NCBI GenBank assembly: GCA_036785375.1
Contig: JAWMAR010000272.1
Coordinates: 682,001-746,000 of the forward strand
DNA length: 64,000 nt
Direction: 5' to 3'
DNA from: Leucoraja ocellata
Taxonomy: Eukaryota
Part shown: one piece after another, positions 1-12,882 of the stretch
Layout: every line of letters starts with the position of its first letter
How positions within the stretch are numbered: the first letter of the stretch is position 1
Translations under genes and position numbers: made by a program
The notes under the pieces: generated by a model
The model's database searches: none
Seen by the model: the letters and a program-made list of their open reading frames with translations, nothing else
What the model was told of the DNA's origin: nothing

Positions 1-540
1 CCTGTTCAATCTGTCTTCATAAGGCAGCCCATCTGTTCCAGGTATTTGTTTGGTAAACTTTCTCTGAATTGCTTCCAATGCATTAACATATCCCTAAAGC
101 AAGGAGACCATTATGTAAAACACTCTGGTTGTGGGTTCGTCTGAAGCCCAGACCATTGGAATATGGCCACCTTATTTTTTTTAAATATATAATACCCTTC
201 GCGGTAACCACTGTTATTCTGTCAACTTCTTGATGATTTACCCAACCAGTATATGTTTTTGCAATTCATGCACAAGGACACCCAGATCCCTTTGCATCTC
301 AATGTTCTGCAATCTGCCGTGTTTTGATTAAATGTTTCTTTTGACTTTTCCTGCTGAGATGGGCAATTTTACATTTTTCCACACCATTCTCCATTTGCAA
401 CATCCTTGTTCACTCACTTAACCTACCTAATGTGACATTATGACCTTCTCATAATTTATTTTTCTACCTATCTTCATGCCATCAGTTAATTTCACAGCTA
501 TAGCATCATTACCTCATCCAAGTCATTTCATCCACTGAGA
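1..540 (-). mobile_element. Degenerate CR1-type LINE ORF2 fragment
   Basis: Reverse-strand decayed CR1 ORF2 3' signature (acacccagatccctttgc, ttctccatttgc, cactcacttaacct, tcatccaagtcatt); no open frame; boundaries approximate. Confidence 0.55.
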
Positions 541-559
541 AATGGTTTAACTTTCTATG

Positions 560-1025
560 TACATTATTATGTCCATCAATTTCCAGTGATATGCATTGTG
601 TTAAATGATGCCTGGATGAGTGCAACTGCAGAGGCACTCGAGAAACCTAACACCACACAGTACTTAGCAGCCCACTTGATCGGCATCCCATCCACAACCA
701 AGCGATCATTCCATCACCGATGGACAGGTTAAGCAGTATTAACCATTTGCAGACAACTGCAACAAATTGAGTTTACAGCAAGCTTCTGAACCCATGACCT
801 TTACCAGCTAGGACAAGAGAATCAAAGGCAAAGGGACACTACCACCTGGAATGCTACCACCTCCAAGCCACATAGCTTCAACCTTAATACATTTGTGGGT
901 GTCCCCACCCTTCAAGGACTGCAGAAGTTCAAGAGGCAACTCACCACCATCTTCTCAAGAGCAACTAGGGATGTGCAATTAAATGCTGGCTCAGCTTGTG
1001 ATGCCCAGATCCCTCAAATGAATAA
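560..1025 (+). mobile_element. CR1/L2-type LINE 3' end (ancient shark-type tail)
   Basis: Ends ...ggactgcagaagttcaagaggcaactcaccaccatcttctcaagagcaactagggatgtgcaattaaatgctggc...aaatgaataaa; the same tail recurs at ~22560-22968 and ~31830-32090. Confidence 0.6.
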
Positions 1026-3399
1026 AGATATATCCCATCCATGAATATAAGAGGGTTTGTTTTTAAGTTTCTTGAAGCTTTTCCCCCAACTAGATTATGT
1101 TTGTTTTTTTATTCAGTATCTTTCTCTCAGGAGTATGATTTAAATAGCTGTTAGAGTGAAATATGGAACAATATATTGGACAATGCTGGAAAAAATGTTG
1201 TTCAGTATTATTAGGCCCATGGGAAAGGTGTAGCTTCCAACATTCTTTAGTAAACCATGTACTGTTGTAAAGATTAGAAACTCGGAAGTCTGGAGCTGTT
1301 TTAACTCACACCATCTGAGCGACAATGGGGAATCCTGGAGTTAAAGGGATGCCAGCAATCTTCCCCTTTGACTTACATTCTTCTCATGTTTCAGAGCTAA
1401 TGATTAGGACACAGATGTATATGTAATGGTGTTCTTTTTCAGATCCTGGCTGCCTTGACTACAATTAACTTAGCAATTCACATTGCAGGCCTAAAGAGAG
1501 CAGTGACTCAATGACTATCAGGTCAAACATGGCACCAACTGGAAGATTATCAGCAAGTTCCATTTATAAGGTTTCTTTGAGCACATGGAAGAGGAAGAGT
1601 ATTGTTCTAGGCCTCAGAAGCAAGTGTTTGCCTTCGCTTCACTCATATTTCACTTCCAATCAATTCCTCCCATGTCGTGACCAGCTCCTGCTTGTCCGAT
1701 TGGCTACTTCCCTAATCTCTTGCTGTCACATTCCCATTCCCACTCCAAAATATTCCATTTGCCTTACTGCTTTAAAATGTATTTTTGTTTAGACCTGTGG
1801 TTTTATGAAAAGCTCTTTGGGTTGCATTCAATTGTATGAAAAGTGCTATACAAATAAAGTTATTAAAGTTATTGTTCCTCTGTTTCCCATTAATTGATAT
1901 ATTTATGCAGGTCACAAAAAGCACTAAAGATGACATGATAATGCCATTGATATCACTCATGTTACTGTATGCCTTTGGGGCTGAGTTTCACCCATCCCCT
2001 GTACAAGCAATGATCAGCTCTTCACATTGCCAGACATATATCCAGATGCATGGACAGCAATAGGAAGCTACAAGATTATATACTAAGCAACTTTGAAATT
2101 CATTTTATAATAAAGCTCAAACTTACAGGGATAATTTCAGAAAAGCTAGAAAGCTCATTGCTCCATTCACACCAGGTTAAATGGAAAAAAGATAACATAA
2201 AGATAAACATTTGTTATGTTCATTACAGCCATGGGGTCATTTAAGCAGTAAATGTGATTTTATAAGGAAAACATTTTAGATATGAGGAAAGGACATGCGT
2301 GAGGGAATGATATTCTTTTGAGAAGCCAAATGTAATATTCTTTTAAGAATTAGACTTAATGACTTCCTTCTGAATTGTATGATTCCAACATTGTAAAGAA
2401 ACGGGAATAATTAGATTCAGATAGGATTTTGTTGCATCCAATAAGTAATTCCATGTATGGTATGAAAGTAATTAATTGGCAGAAGTTTCTTATGAACTTA
2501 CTCGGTTCCACTCAAATGTTTCTAAATTATCAATCAACGTCCATTGAAAATCCTAAATTCCACATGAAAGTGATCTGTCTGTTGTTAATTAAGGAAATCT
2601 AAGATAGCTTTAGATGTTGAGTGGAATGCTTGGCAAATAGAATATTTTGGAAAACAGTAATAACCGCACAAGAAAGGAGAAGCAAGGTACGATATGAGAG
2701 CAATATAGCGAGAAATTGAACAAAAGTTCTTAAGAGTTCCTACAGCCATATAAAATGGAAGACAGCAATAAAAATAACGTTAGTCTTATAATGATATTGG
2801 GGGCTGATCAAGCTGGAAGCCTGACTGGTGATGCCATCCCATGAGGGAGCACCATCCGCAACTGCGGTGGAACCTGTTGCCCTTCACAGTCCTGACAGGT
2901 TTTGACAGCTCGCTGTGTGGGTGCAGATGACACCTGAGACCTGCGTTCATTTTAACTTCCTGCACTGGCTGTGTGAAGTTTGTACATTACCCATTCTTTC
3001 CCATATAATCTAGCCTTAGAACTTAAAGAAGCAGAATGTTTCAAAAACTCCAGTTTCAAACTAAACCAAAATAAAACAAAATAGCCAAGAAATACTATAG
3101 AGTGCACATCCTAGTTTGGATCCTCCCTACCGACTCTGAAATATTCCCTTAGTTCTGAGTATTTTGTATATTTTACAGTTAAATTCTTCTTTTCTCATTC
3201 ACTATCTAGTGACTTTGTAAATAAATATCCCCACTTGCTTCTAGTCTTCATTACTTTCAGAAAGAAAAATCTGATTGTAAAAATGTTGAAATCTTTCAAA
3301 GCAAAAGAAAATAGGCAATCATGTGTTTTGTAAATGAACTGTCCTGATTGATAATTGCACTCAGATTTTTTGTACAAGCATAACAATTTCTGCTTTTAC

Positions 3400-4699
3400 C
3401 TTTTCCCTGAGATTTATGTCTTCGGTTTCTTGGAGATACGTAACCAGCTGAACACCTTTTTGTAGCTTCCATACTTTTCCTGCCAGGCAAAGGTTCGGAG
3501 GACACAGTATCACCAGCTGGCAGGCATGACCTCGAGTCATCGGGAACTGTTTGCTTGGTGCAAAGATCTGAAGACATCGACTCAATTTGAGCATCAAACT
3601 TAGCCATGGATTGGCATGGTGCCTTAACTGAAGTGGAACATGGAATGGGATGCGCTGATAATTTGGCCTTGAGTGCAGTTTTGCACGATGGTGCAGCAGT
3701 AGATCGGGTGGAATCCTTGCGCTGGACTGTGCTTTTTGTATCACGGTTGGACTTCTGGTTGGCCTGATCTTTCCTGTCCTCTGTGGAAGCTTCTGCTGCT
3801 TGAAAGCTGAACCCAAAGTTCAAAGGATTTTGCAGGGCTTCTATATAAGATTCACGATAGCGGCATTTTATCCCTTGTTCTTCAAAGTCTCTGTTTGACC
3901 TGCTTAAGCATGGTGTGCAAGGTTCTGATGCAAACCTAATTGTCCCTCCACATGCCCATGTGCCGTTGACTGGAACCACAGAAGATTCACCTTTCTTCAG
4001 TGGAAGCTGTGCAGTCCTGTTTTCAGAGCATTTATCTTTAGAAAACATCATTAAATCCACATAATCTCCTTCAACATTTTCATTGGAGATTTCAAATTGA
4101 TTTGCTGAGATTATTCCCGATTTCATGGATAGGTGACTTAAACATTTTGCATCTTCTTTTTGGCCCAAGTTAGTCAAAGGATTTTTGATTTTGTTATCTG
4201 AATCTAGCTCAGAAGATCCAACCGAATGAGCCATCTCTATTCCTGTCTGCAAAGTCATCCTAGCGGAACCACAGTTGTTTCCCGTTTCCTGAACAGATGA
4301 TGTTTCGTGCCCAGATGATGGTGCTGCTTTGGTCTTATTTACAAATTCAGGGTTTACTATTTTAGACCAAAGCTCTTTTACAACTCCATTATCAGTGGCA
4401 AGTAGGCAAGTTTGCAATGGTGTTCCTGAACGTTCACTGTTTATTGTTTCCAGCCATTCTGTGGTAAAAATATTAGTGTAGGATACTTCTGGTATTAACT
4501 TCTCTTCCACGCTGCGGAGGTCCCTGCCCAAGCATTTCAACACAATCCGTGCAGACTGCTTCCCAACGGGTACAATTTGGAGGTAGAAATCACCCGGGCG
4601 CAGAAGAAAGATGTTGAATGATGACAACTGCACCACTAACTTCTCGTGGAGGCACAAAGGCCAGCCTTCGTGACGGAACAGGAGGCTTGAATATTCGGC
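3400..4699 (-). CDS. PLEKHG4B: Large internal coding exon (1300 nt) of a PLEKHG4B-like Rho-GEF (PLEKHG4/ARHGEF40/KIAA1755 family); N-terminal conserved domain plus long linker
   Basis: Lies within the 475-aa ORF 3296..4723. Acceptor tttttctttctcag|GCC at 4700/4699 (phase 0); donor AAAG|gtaaaa at 3400/3399 (phase 1, less certain). Translation AEYSSLLFRHEGWPLCLHEKLVVQL...LRPGDFYLQIVPVGKQSARIVLKCL...EWLETIN...PLQTCLL matches the family N-terminal domain. GKQSAR(I/L)VLKCL and YRESY(I/L)EAL(Q/R)NP resemble PLEKHG4B as I recall it; paralog assignment (vs PLEKHG4) is not certain. Confidence 0.9.
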
Positions 4700-4994
4700 C
4701 TGAGAAAGAAAAACATTGAACACTCATTAATAGAAAACTCACTGCAGCAAAATTGCTATAAACAAACAACTTGGGTAGCCACGGAACTACTTAAGCAGAT
4801 TAGTTCTCAGTATGGAGATGGTTATTAAATCCACATTCCCATGGACAGCCAAGTATCCTTTTTTTCCCCGTTCCCTCCATTTGTGATCCTAACCTGTAAA
4901 GTTCTATAGCACCAAATGACACCAAATGCACTGACATTGCTGTATCATATCATTTGATCAAGTGGTATTATATTGAGTCTTTGGATGTTTAGGC

Positions 4995-5345
4995 CCCGGT
5001 TCCATGTCCTTTAAACCCACTGTTCCAGCGGGAGAAGTCGCCGTTGTGGAGCTCGGAAAAGCGGTCTCCCACCAGGGACCTGCGAGCTGCCGATGTTCCT
5101 GTCCACCGGGTCTGCAGCCGGTGCCTCCAAACTCCAAAGTCGGGTCGCAGCCGCACGCCACCACAGCTCTTCCCGCTCCGAAGTTGGCCAGCTCCGCGAT
5201 CTCAGTTCCACAGGCTCTACAACTGGAGCCCCCAGGTTAGTCCCGGCCGGAGGTTGCCGCCAGCTCCACGATGTTAGGCCCAACTACATCCGAGACACGA
5301 CAGGGAATAGTCAGGTCCCCGCACAGGGAAGAGATTTAAAATGGT
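4995..5345. mobile_element. GC/CpG-rich interspersed repeat fragment (unclassified retroelement)
   Basis: Abrupt GC- and CpG-rich island in an AT-rich intron; overlapping short ORFs in many frames with no recognisable protein or splice-compatible structure. Confidence 0.45.
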
Positions 5346-6394
5346 TCAGATCTCCTCTGGAATAATTTGCTTGTATTTGTTTTAAGATATGGTGGTAGCC
5401 CGTCTATTAAGAAAACCGATCAAGTTTTCAAAGGCAGTGACATAAAATCTTAGGCTGCACTGTCAAAAAAAATCAGTTAAGAGAGTAAAATAACCAACAC
5501 AGGAAAATGATAAGTAGACTTTTCACTGAAAATATAAAAATGGGAAGGCTATTATGGAAAGAGTAAATGTGCCATGGATGACTGACATTATAAGTTAATA
5601 CAATAAAATGATCTTACAAAATTCAGATAGAATTTGTAACATTGAAACATAGGGCTAGCAACAATTTATATTCTACTCCTGCCTCTTAATTGAACAAATG
5701 ATACCCTTGTCTCTGTATCTCACTCATGTGCTAATCTGGCCTTGTCATAAAGAACTCGTTGCAATTTGTCTTAACTCTTTCTCGTGTTAATGAGTTCCAA
5801 ACTCTTAGCATTCCTATTTCATGATTACATAAACATCAAACTTGATATGACTTGTTGTGAAACACTATGAATAAGATGACTAACTGACAGGAAAGGAAAT
5901 TACAGAATTTGGAAAGGGCTGATCAGATTTTGTAAGGAGCCAGTCACAAAGGCAATTCATTAAAACATTAGTAATAGAAGCAGGAGTGGGCCATTCAATT
6001 CAGTGTACTCCATGTTGCAGCAACATCACGGCTGGTCTTTTACCTGAGCAGCACTTTACTGCACTAACCTCATGGCCCTTGATTCTATTAATTTTTATTA
6101 ATCTTCATTATGTGACTGTGACTTGGGTCTCCAAATTTAATTTAGGTAGTGAATTCCAGAGTCACCATCCTGTTGGTGAACAGATAATGGCTGACTTTAT
6201 TTTGAGACCACAATCTCTGACATCACAGCAAAGGGAAATATCATCTCTGTGTCAGGTACCATAAAACTTTTGTACATTTCAACGAGATCACCTCTCATGT
6301 CTCTGCAGGTCTGCTTAATCTCTCTCATATGACAATCGCATGAATTACTATAAATGATTTTGTGGTGTACCCAAAAATTCCCAGAATATTAGTT

Positions 6395-7470
6395 CCATGA
6401 AGAAATATGGAAATGTTTATGGATGTTATTGATATGGACTTCCAGAACGGATTTGGCAAATTCCTTCATGAAAGACTATTTGCTAAAGTTATTAATGATG
6501 GTTTCAAGAGTGAATTATTATTCTGGATGTGAAATTGCTTGAGAAACAAAGGAAAGGAGGGATAATGGGCAAGGGATGGAACTGTCAAGATGCAACTAGT
6601 AGTGTTGTGTGAGTATGGGTGTTGGGGGTTGGAATTATTCACTGGACCACACAAAAAGCTTAAAGATATGGGATAGAAGGACAAATATCCCAGTTTGCTG
6701 ATGACACTAAACTAAACATTATTGCCAGAAATACAGATGAAATAATACATTACTAAGAAATAATAGTAAATTAGGAATATTGGTTCAAAAATTGTGGCAA
6801 ACGGGTGTAGATACAGGCAAATGTGAGGTCACCCACTGAAGTAAAATCCAGCAGTATGAAGAACTTCCTTAATATTGAACAGCTATTGAACAACCAACTA
6901 GACTTAAATGTTCATTGTACATAGATGATCAAAAAGTCATAGATAATTAAAGAATATAAGCAGAAAGTCTGTTGGAAGGTTGGGCTTTGTACCCGAGATT
7001 AGAATGAAAAGAAGCTGAAATTAAGCTGCAGTAATGTGAAGCCCAGGTAGACCACATTCAATATTATGACCACTTATATTGTATCACTGTTCAAGATATA
7101 TTGATCAAGAGGCAAATCTACCATAGTCTTAGCAGGATGGTACTTTGACTCAAAGGGTGAAATTAAATGGTTCATTGAGATTTGATTGAAGTTTTCAAGA
7201 TTTTAAGGGGACAATGGATTAGATAAAGATAAACTAATCCTGTAGGTTGACAACTCTAAATCAAGGGGTTATAGTTTCAAAATTAGAGTGTGGCTTTGCA
7301 CAAACAATTTTAAGAAACAGTACTACTTGCATAGGATGAGTACATTTGGAACACACTCTTCGAATTGGCAATTAAAGTACACCAATTTCTAATAACCTTT
7401 GTTGGTTTTTGACAAAGATGGGCAAACATCAGTCATCTTGCTATTGAGTGTAGAATAGGTCTGTGCCTAT
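6395..7470 (+). mobile_element. Degenerate CR1 LINE ORF2 (RT region to 3' end)
   Basis: gatgttattgatatggacttccagaacggatttggcaaattcc (DV.YMDFQKAFDK-like) and cagtttgctgatgacactaaacta (FADDTKL), with many stops and frameshifts. Confidence 0.7.
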
Positions 7471-8304
7471 ATTACTGTGACAGAAGGAATACATAACAGT
7501 AACATCATGTGACATTTATGGTCAGTTTGTTTACAATGGTTAGTTAAGTGAAATGGAATTTCTCTCCACTTATGACGAATATTCAAAAGGATGTCCACAA
7601 ATAGCACAGCTACAAAAACTGCCCAAATAACCGGCATTGCAAATTTGTTGGCCTAATTCATCGTTGTCATTTCTCCCTCGTACTAAACAGGCATTTTTCA
7701 AGAACCTAGCTTCCAAAATTCTTTTACTGCCATGGTTAAATACAGAACAGATTTGTGAATTGATGGAAAGTTGTGTTCCAACTAGAGAACCACTTGGTTT
7801 ATATTAGGGATAGTTTTACAAACCATCAACAAGGGAGCATGAAAAGACCAATGATTCCCCAATCACTTGCACTGGCTGGCAGTCAGCACACTATCCCACA
7901 AAGTAATTTCTTCCACAGCTGCTCCAGTTGTGGAGTGTGTGTGTGTGTTTTAAAAAGCAGAATGAACCATCGTAAAAATATACTGTACTTTCATCCAGCC
8001 ATAAAAGCCTAAGGGAAATCATTTATTTATTTCAGATATGTGGGTTTGTCTTGTTTGCTTCCAAATCTAATTACCGTGCCATTGCTGGCCATACCTCCAG
8101 TTCCCCAGCACCAATCTGAAATTCTGTCTCTGGACTTCTGCTGCTCTATCTTTTGTCCCCTATTAGTCTGGTCTCCAAATCAGATCTTTGTCAGCAACTT
8201 TTTGGTTCCCTGTCCTAACACGATTAGTTTTTCCATGAAGGTCCTTGGAGAAATTCAATACATTAAAGAAGTTATATAAATGCAAGATGTTATCGTTAGA
8301 CCAG

Positions 8305-8440
8305 ACTTTCGAGATATAGCATGGAAACAGGCCATTCGGCCCACTACGTGTCGATCAACGATCCCCGTTCACTAGGAACAATTTGCAAGTTTATCAAAGT
8401 CAATTAGCCTACAAACCTGTACGTCTTTGGAGTGTGGAAG
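8305..8440 (-). mobile_element. HE1/V-SINE-type SINE, 3' part
   Basis: gagatatagcatggaaacaggcc...aattagcctacaaacctgtacgtctttggagtgtgg is the reverse complement of the SINE body and tail seen at 13766-14093. Confidence 0.7.
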
Positions 8441-8489
8441 GAAAAGGGGGGCAGTGTGCGAAGGGGCGAGTTGGAATGTGATACGGAGT

Positions 8490-9230
8490 TATCCACTTTG
8501 TAAGGAAGAAAAAAAGAGGAAAAATTATTTAAATCAAGTGAGACCACAAAATGTTGGGGTGGACACGAAGTGATCTGATGGAAATAGTTCATAAAGTTAG
8601 CGTGCAAATACAGCAAATAATTATGGTCTAATGAAATATTGATCTTTACTGCACGGCATATGTAACTTTCAAGTCAGAAAGTTTTGATATCACTTTACAG
8701 TGAGTGTTCCGGTGTGTGTTTATTCAACTATTGCTTATAGTTTTGGCCTCTGCGATTGAGAAATTATATGCTTTTATTGACGGCAATGCAGAGAGTTTAA
8801 TTGGGTTGACTCCTGGGATGAAAGGGTTGATGTTTCAAGAGGGGTTTGGCAGATTAACCCTATACTCATTGGAGTTAAGAACAATGAGGAGGGAAATTTT
8901 TGAAACATAAGATTCCAAAGAGGGATGCTCAGAGGATGTTCCTCAAATGGATGTATCTTGAACATGAGCATAGTTTTAAAACAAAGAGTCACCTATTTAA
9001 GACAAAGATGAGGAGGAAATCCTTCTCTCTGAAGGTTGTGAATGCTGTTCCTCAAATAGATGTGGAGGTGCAGTATTTGAACATAAATAATTGCAGCAAG
9101 ATAAAGACTATGGAGTGAGACTGGAAAAGCGGTGCTGAGGGCAAGATTGAATCAGGCATGCCCTTAATGAATGGCAGAGTGGTTTTGAGTTGCGGACTAA
9201 CTTGCGCCTACTCCAGTGTTTCTTGGCTCT
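8490..9230 (+). mobile_element. CR1 LINE 3' fragment
   Basis: Decayed LYSLELRTMRREIFETYKI (CR1 LYSLEFRRMRGDLIETYKI motif) followed by a CR1-type 3' UTR. Confidence 0.7.
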
Positions 9231-10744
9231 TAAAATATGTGATCAAAACAGAATGTGCAGGGAATACAGAGCAGAGTCAGCCACGCTAATAAAGAAAAAA
9301 AGAATTACCATTGTGAATGGAAAGCTCGTTTGATGCCAAAAGGTTTGAAAAGGATCTAAGCCAATGTAAGATATAGAGCCATGTCAATGGATAGCAAAGT
9401 TTTATGCATCAATTATGTTCGAGTGGAATAACCACCCAAACACAAAGCTTATTTGCTGCTGAACCCAAATATAAAACGCCGCTAATTGATAGGATTAATG
9501 TAAACAAGAACTCAACTGTTGAAATGTGTTCCTTTCTGCAGAGGATAAAATCAGACATAATATTCAGTTCAAGGAAATCACTGGGAACACTGTACAATCA
9601 TTCAGAGTAATAGTTTTCAGATTTGCTATTTTTGAAATGTTGGCAACATTGCCATTCACAGTAGTTAATTAATGTTCTCCAAAAGGAAGCCTCTTTCCAA
9701 CATAAACAGAAAGTAAACTTTCACCTTTAATAACTTTGGACGCTGATTTGGACAGCACATTCAAAATGAACAGCTACATTTCTGTGGTATATCAGCCAAA
9801 CAACAAATAAATCATCTGGATTTTATACAGTTATTTTCCTCTCGTTGGCCAGGAAAAGTGTAGAAAGTTGGTTCCAACTAGCCAGCTGCATTTTCAACTA
9901 ACAATGTCTGCATTCAACATTCCTCTGGTCCTGGGCCAGAATGTTGGAGCTTTACTAACACACCCATGTCTAGTGTACAATGAAATGTTAGGGTGGAGGT
10001 AACATTGAAACTGATGATTTTTTTCCCCCGTTAATCTTTACACTACAATCAGGTTGGGACAATCTCAATCTAATCAGATGGCAGCCAAGCTAAAGCTGAA
10101 ATAGTTTGAATTACGCAGCACGCTGACTTAAGCAAGTATGCTGAAAGAGGTCACAAACCCGAGTCTACGGGAAAAGGAAATAGTTGATTGTGCAGTGAGG
10201 GTTGCTTGTATGAGGTTAAAATATTTTATGAGCACAAAGTCAGGGTGTTTTCCATTGCAACCGAACTTCACCCTGGGAATAAGAAATAAAATAAAAAATG
10301 TCAATTATTCAATCGTCATTTGTTATTTCTTCAAATAAAACCTGTGGGTAAGGATGAATTTGGAGTGTGGGTGCTGGTGATGTTCTGGAGTAGGCAGATT
10401 CCTCTCACTACGGAATCTAGTAAACAATCAAGAGAGTGTGCCAAGCAATCTTTTGCTCCAAGAACTAAACTCCTTCATAAGGAGACACAGTGTGTATTGT
10501 TAAGTCAATTCAAATTAATTTGGTTCCGTTTCATACATACCCATGGTGTCACTTGTATGAAAGATTTACATATCATTTTAACCGGAATAAATGTATTTTT
10601 TTATTCCTAATTTTCTAAAGTGAGCCACATTTATTTTCAGCAATTATGAATCCATAGAACCACTAAATGTCTTTAAATGGATCAGGTGATTCAACAGCAT
10701 TGACTCAGTGAATTCTTTCAGCTTTTAATGTTTGATTTTGAGTT

Positions 10745-11370
10745 ACGGAAGCAGGCCCTTCAGCCCAACTTGTCCATTCTGACTAAGATTTCGAACCGAC
10801 CTAGTCCTACTTGCCTGCATCTGGCCAATAAGGTCATGTGATAGGAGCATAATTAGGCCATTCGGCCCATTGTCTACGCCATTCAATCATGGCTGATCTA
10901 TCGCTTCCTCCTAACCCCATTCTCCTGCCTTCTCCCCATAACCCCTGACACCTATACCAATCAAGTATCTATCAACTCTGCCTTAAAAATATTAATTGAA
11001 CATGGAAATATCCCTCTAAACGATTCCTATCCATGTACCTGTTCCATACATGCACTTTTTTTGGTGTAAATATTTTACCCTTCAGGTGCATTTTAAATGA
11101 ATCTCCTCTCACTTTAAATCTATGCCTCTTATTGTAGACTCTCCTATCCTGGGGACTTTTCACCTTATATATGTCTCACTTAATGTTATACATCTCCATA
11201 AGGTCATTTCTGAACCTTCCATGCTCCAGGGAAAAAAGCCTATCCAGTCATTCTTTTTAACACAAACCCTCCATACCCAGTAACATCCTTGTAAATATAC
11301 TTTGCACTCCTTCCAGTTTAATGACATCTTCCTATAGAAGGGCAACCAGAACTGCAGTCCCAGTTTCAAA
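10745..11370 (-). mobile_element. Composite of CR1 LINE 3' fragments (younger CR1 tail nested at ~10830-11000)
   Basis: Reverse-strand CR1 ORF2 end (RHRFKVRGDSFK) and tail aggcccttcagcccaacttgtcc, interrupted by ggtcatgtgataggagca...gccattcaatcatggctgatcta. Confidence 0.65.
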
Positions 11371-11605
11371 TGTGGGCTTCTATATGTCAGCAAGACCAAG
11401 CATAGACTAGGCGACCATTTTGCTGAAAACTTGATCTACCAAGGTCTACTGGATATCCTAGTTGCTAACCATTTTAATTCCCCTTCCCATTCTCATACTG
11501 ACCTTTCAGTCCTGGGCCTCTTCCTTTGCCAGAGTGGGGCTGTACGCAAATTGGAGGAACAGTGCCTCATATTTTGCTTGGGTAGCTTATAGCTCAATGG
11601 TACAA
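11371..11605 (+). mobile_element. Penelope-like element GIY-YIG endonuclease fragment (pseudogenised)
   Basis: Translates CGLLYVSKTKHRLGDHFAENL.../...VANHFNSPSHSHTDLSVLGL...RKLEEQCLIFCLGSL*, matching the Penelope CGLLYIGETKRRLGDRFAEH...KLEEQHLIFRLG pattern. Confidence 0.8.
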
Positions 11606-11993
11606 TTCTGTCAACAAGTTGGATGACGACGGAAGCCAACAGCGAGCTATACGTCGTTTGACACACGAGCGGACAAACTTGGATGCTAAGACAAACCGTA
11701 AATTACCCAGGTTTGCTGAAGACAGAATGATGGGTGCCAGTGTGGATTGTGAGGTGTGCGATGAGTGGCATCAGGGGGAACCAGACAGGTTAAGTGACAA
11801 TTCTTTGTGCAATGTTCCAGGTTGTATATTCTGGATTGATGCATACAAAATATTGTGGAGCAATATGCGGGAGCTGTGGCTTTATGACTTAAGGAGATAA
11901 ACAACTCCTGGACTGGGTCTTGCTAACATCTGTCTCCTTGATCCTTCCTTGAGTGTGTTTGAAGACAAGCTTTAAGTCCTTCAACATACTTAC

Positions 11994-12191
11994 ACAAGCA
12001 TCTTGCTGCACAGTCTCCAGGATACGCTTTGCTGGAATCAGGAAATCTAGCAAGCAGCAGAGTCCATCTCCTTTGTACACGGTGTCGATCACCCTGAAGA
12101 TTTGACTGAGCACAGTAGGAGCAGTAGCATTGAACGGAGGATACAAAGCAGAGAGAATGCTCTGTATACAGGTGTCCAGCGATTGTGAATT
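11994..12191 (-). CDS. PLEKHG4B: Coding exon (198 nt, phase 0-0) at the N-terminus of the PLEKHG4B-like Rho-GEF
   Basis: Acceptor tttcttttcttactcag|AAT at 12192/12191; donor TGT|gtaagt at 11994/11993. Encodes [66 protein letters not shown], the SLD.CIQ..L.ALYPPF.ATAPT.L.Q.F motif of ARHGEF40/KIAA1755/PLEKHG4B. Splices in frame to AEY at 4699. Confidence 0.93.
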
Positions 12192-12484
12192 CTGAGTAAG
12201 AAAAGAAATACGTATTATCAATTGATCCAAACTGATCCAAAATTATATCTACTCAATTTCATTGGTTATTAATTATTTTTTAGGTAAAAACACAAGGAAG
12301 AGCATAATCTCTTCAAGGAAGAGCATGAAGAACACTACCACCGTCTGTGTAAAAACCTGTTCCTTTGGTCTCCTTTAGATTTCTTCCCTATCACCTTATA
12401 CCTGTGCCCTCTAGTTCTAGACTCCCCCGCCTTTGGTAAAATACTCTTTTGTTTGTGCTCCTCATAATTTTGTGAACCTCTAAC

Positions 12485-12882
12485 AGTCCACCATCCAGGC
12501 AATGCACTCTTCTCCCTCCTACCATCAGGCACGAAGAACAGAAGCCTGAAGTCTCACATCACCAGGTTCAGAAACAGCTACTTCAACAAATCAGGCTCTT
12601 AAAATTGATCTGCACAACCTCAATCCTACATCATCAAAGAAACACTCAAAGCACCTCTTCCATGACCATGAACTTGTTTTCTCAGTATGGTTTGTATGAA
12701 TATATATTTTTTGCCACAGTTTTTTTCTCTCTCTTTCAAAATGAATCATTACTGTAAGCTTAATTGATGTTTTTGGGTGTTGTCTGAGTCTATGAACCTG
12801 TGATGCTGCTGCAAGAAGGATTTTCATTGGACCTGTACCTCTCCTCACTCATGCATTTGACAATAAAAACCTAACTTGACTT
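12485..12882 (+). mobile_element. Rex1/Babar-type LINE 3' fragment
   Basis: HHPGNALFSLLPSG...RSLKSHITRFRNSYF motif; tail gctgctgcaagaaggattttcattg...gacaataaa...cttgacttg. Confidence 0.7.

Noticed and set aside
3361-3816. 151-aa alternative-frame ORF inside the large exon
   Set aside because: Shadow frame of the real coding exon; no recognisable motif or independent splice signals.
4958-5365. Five overlapping ORFs on both strands
   Set aside because: Expected from the high GC content of a repeat fragment; no homology recognised.
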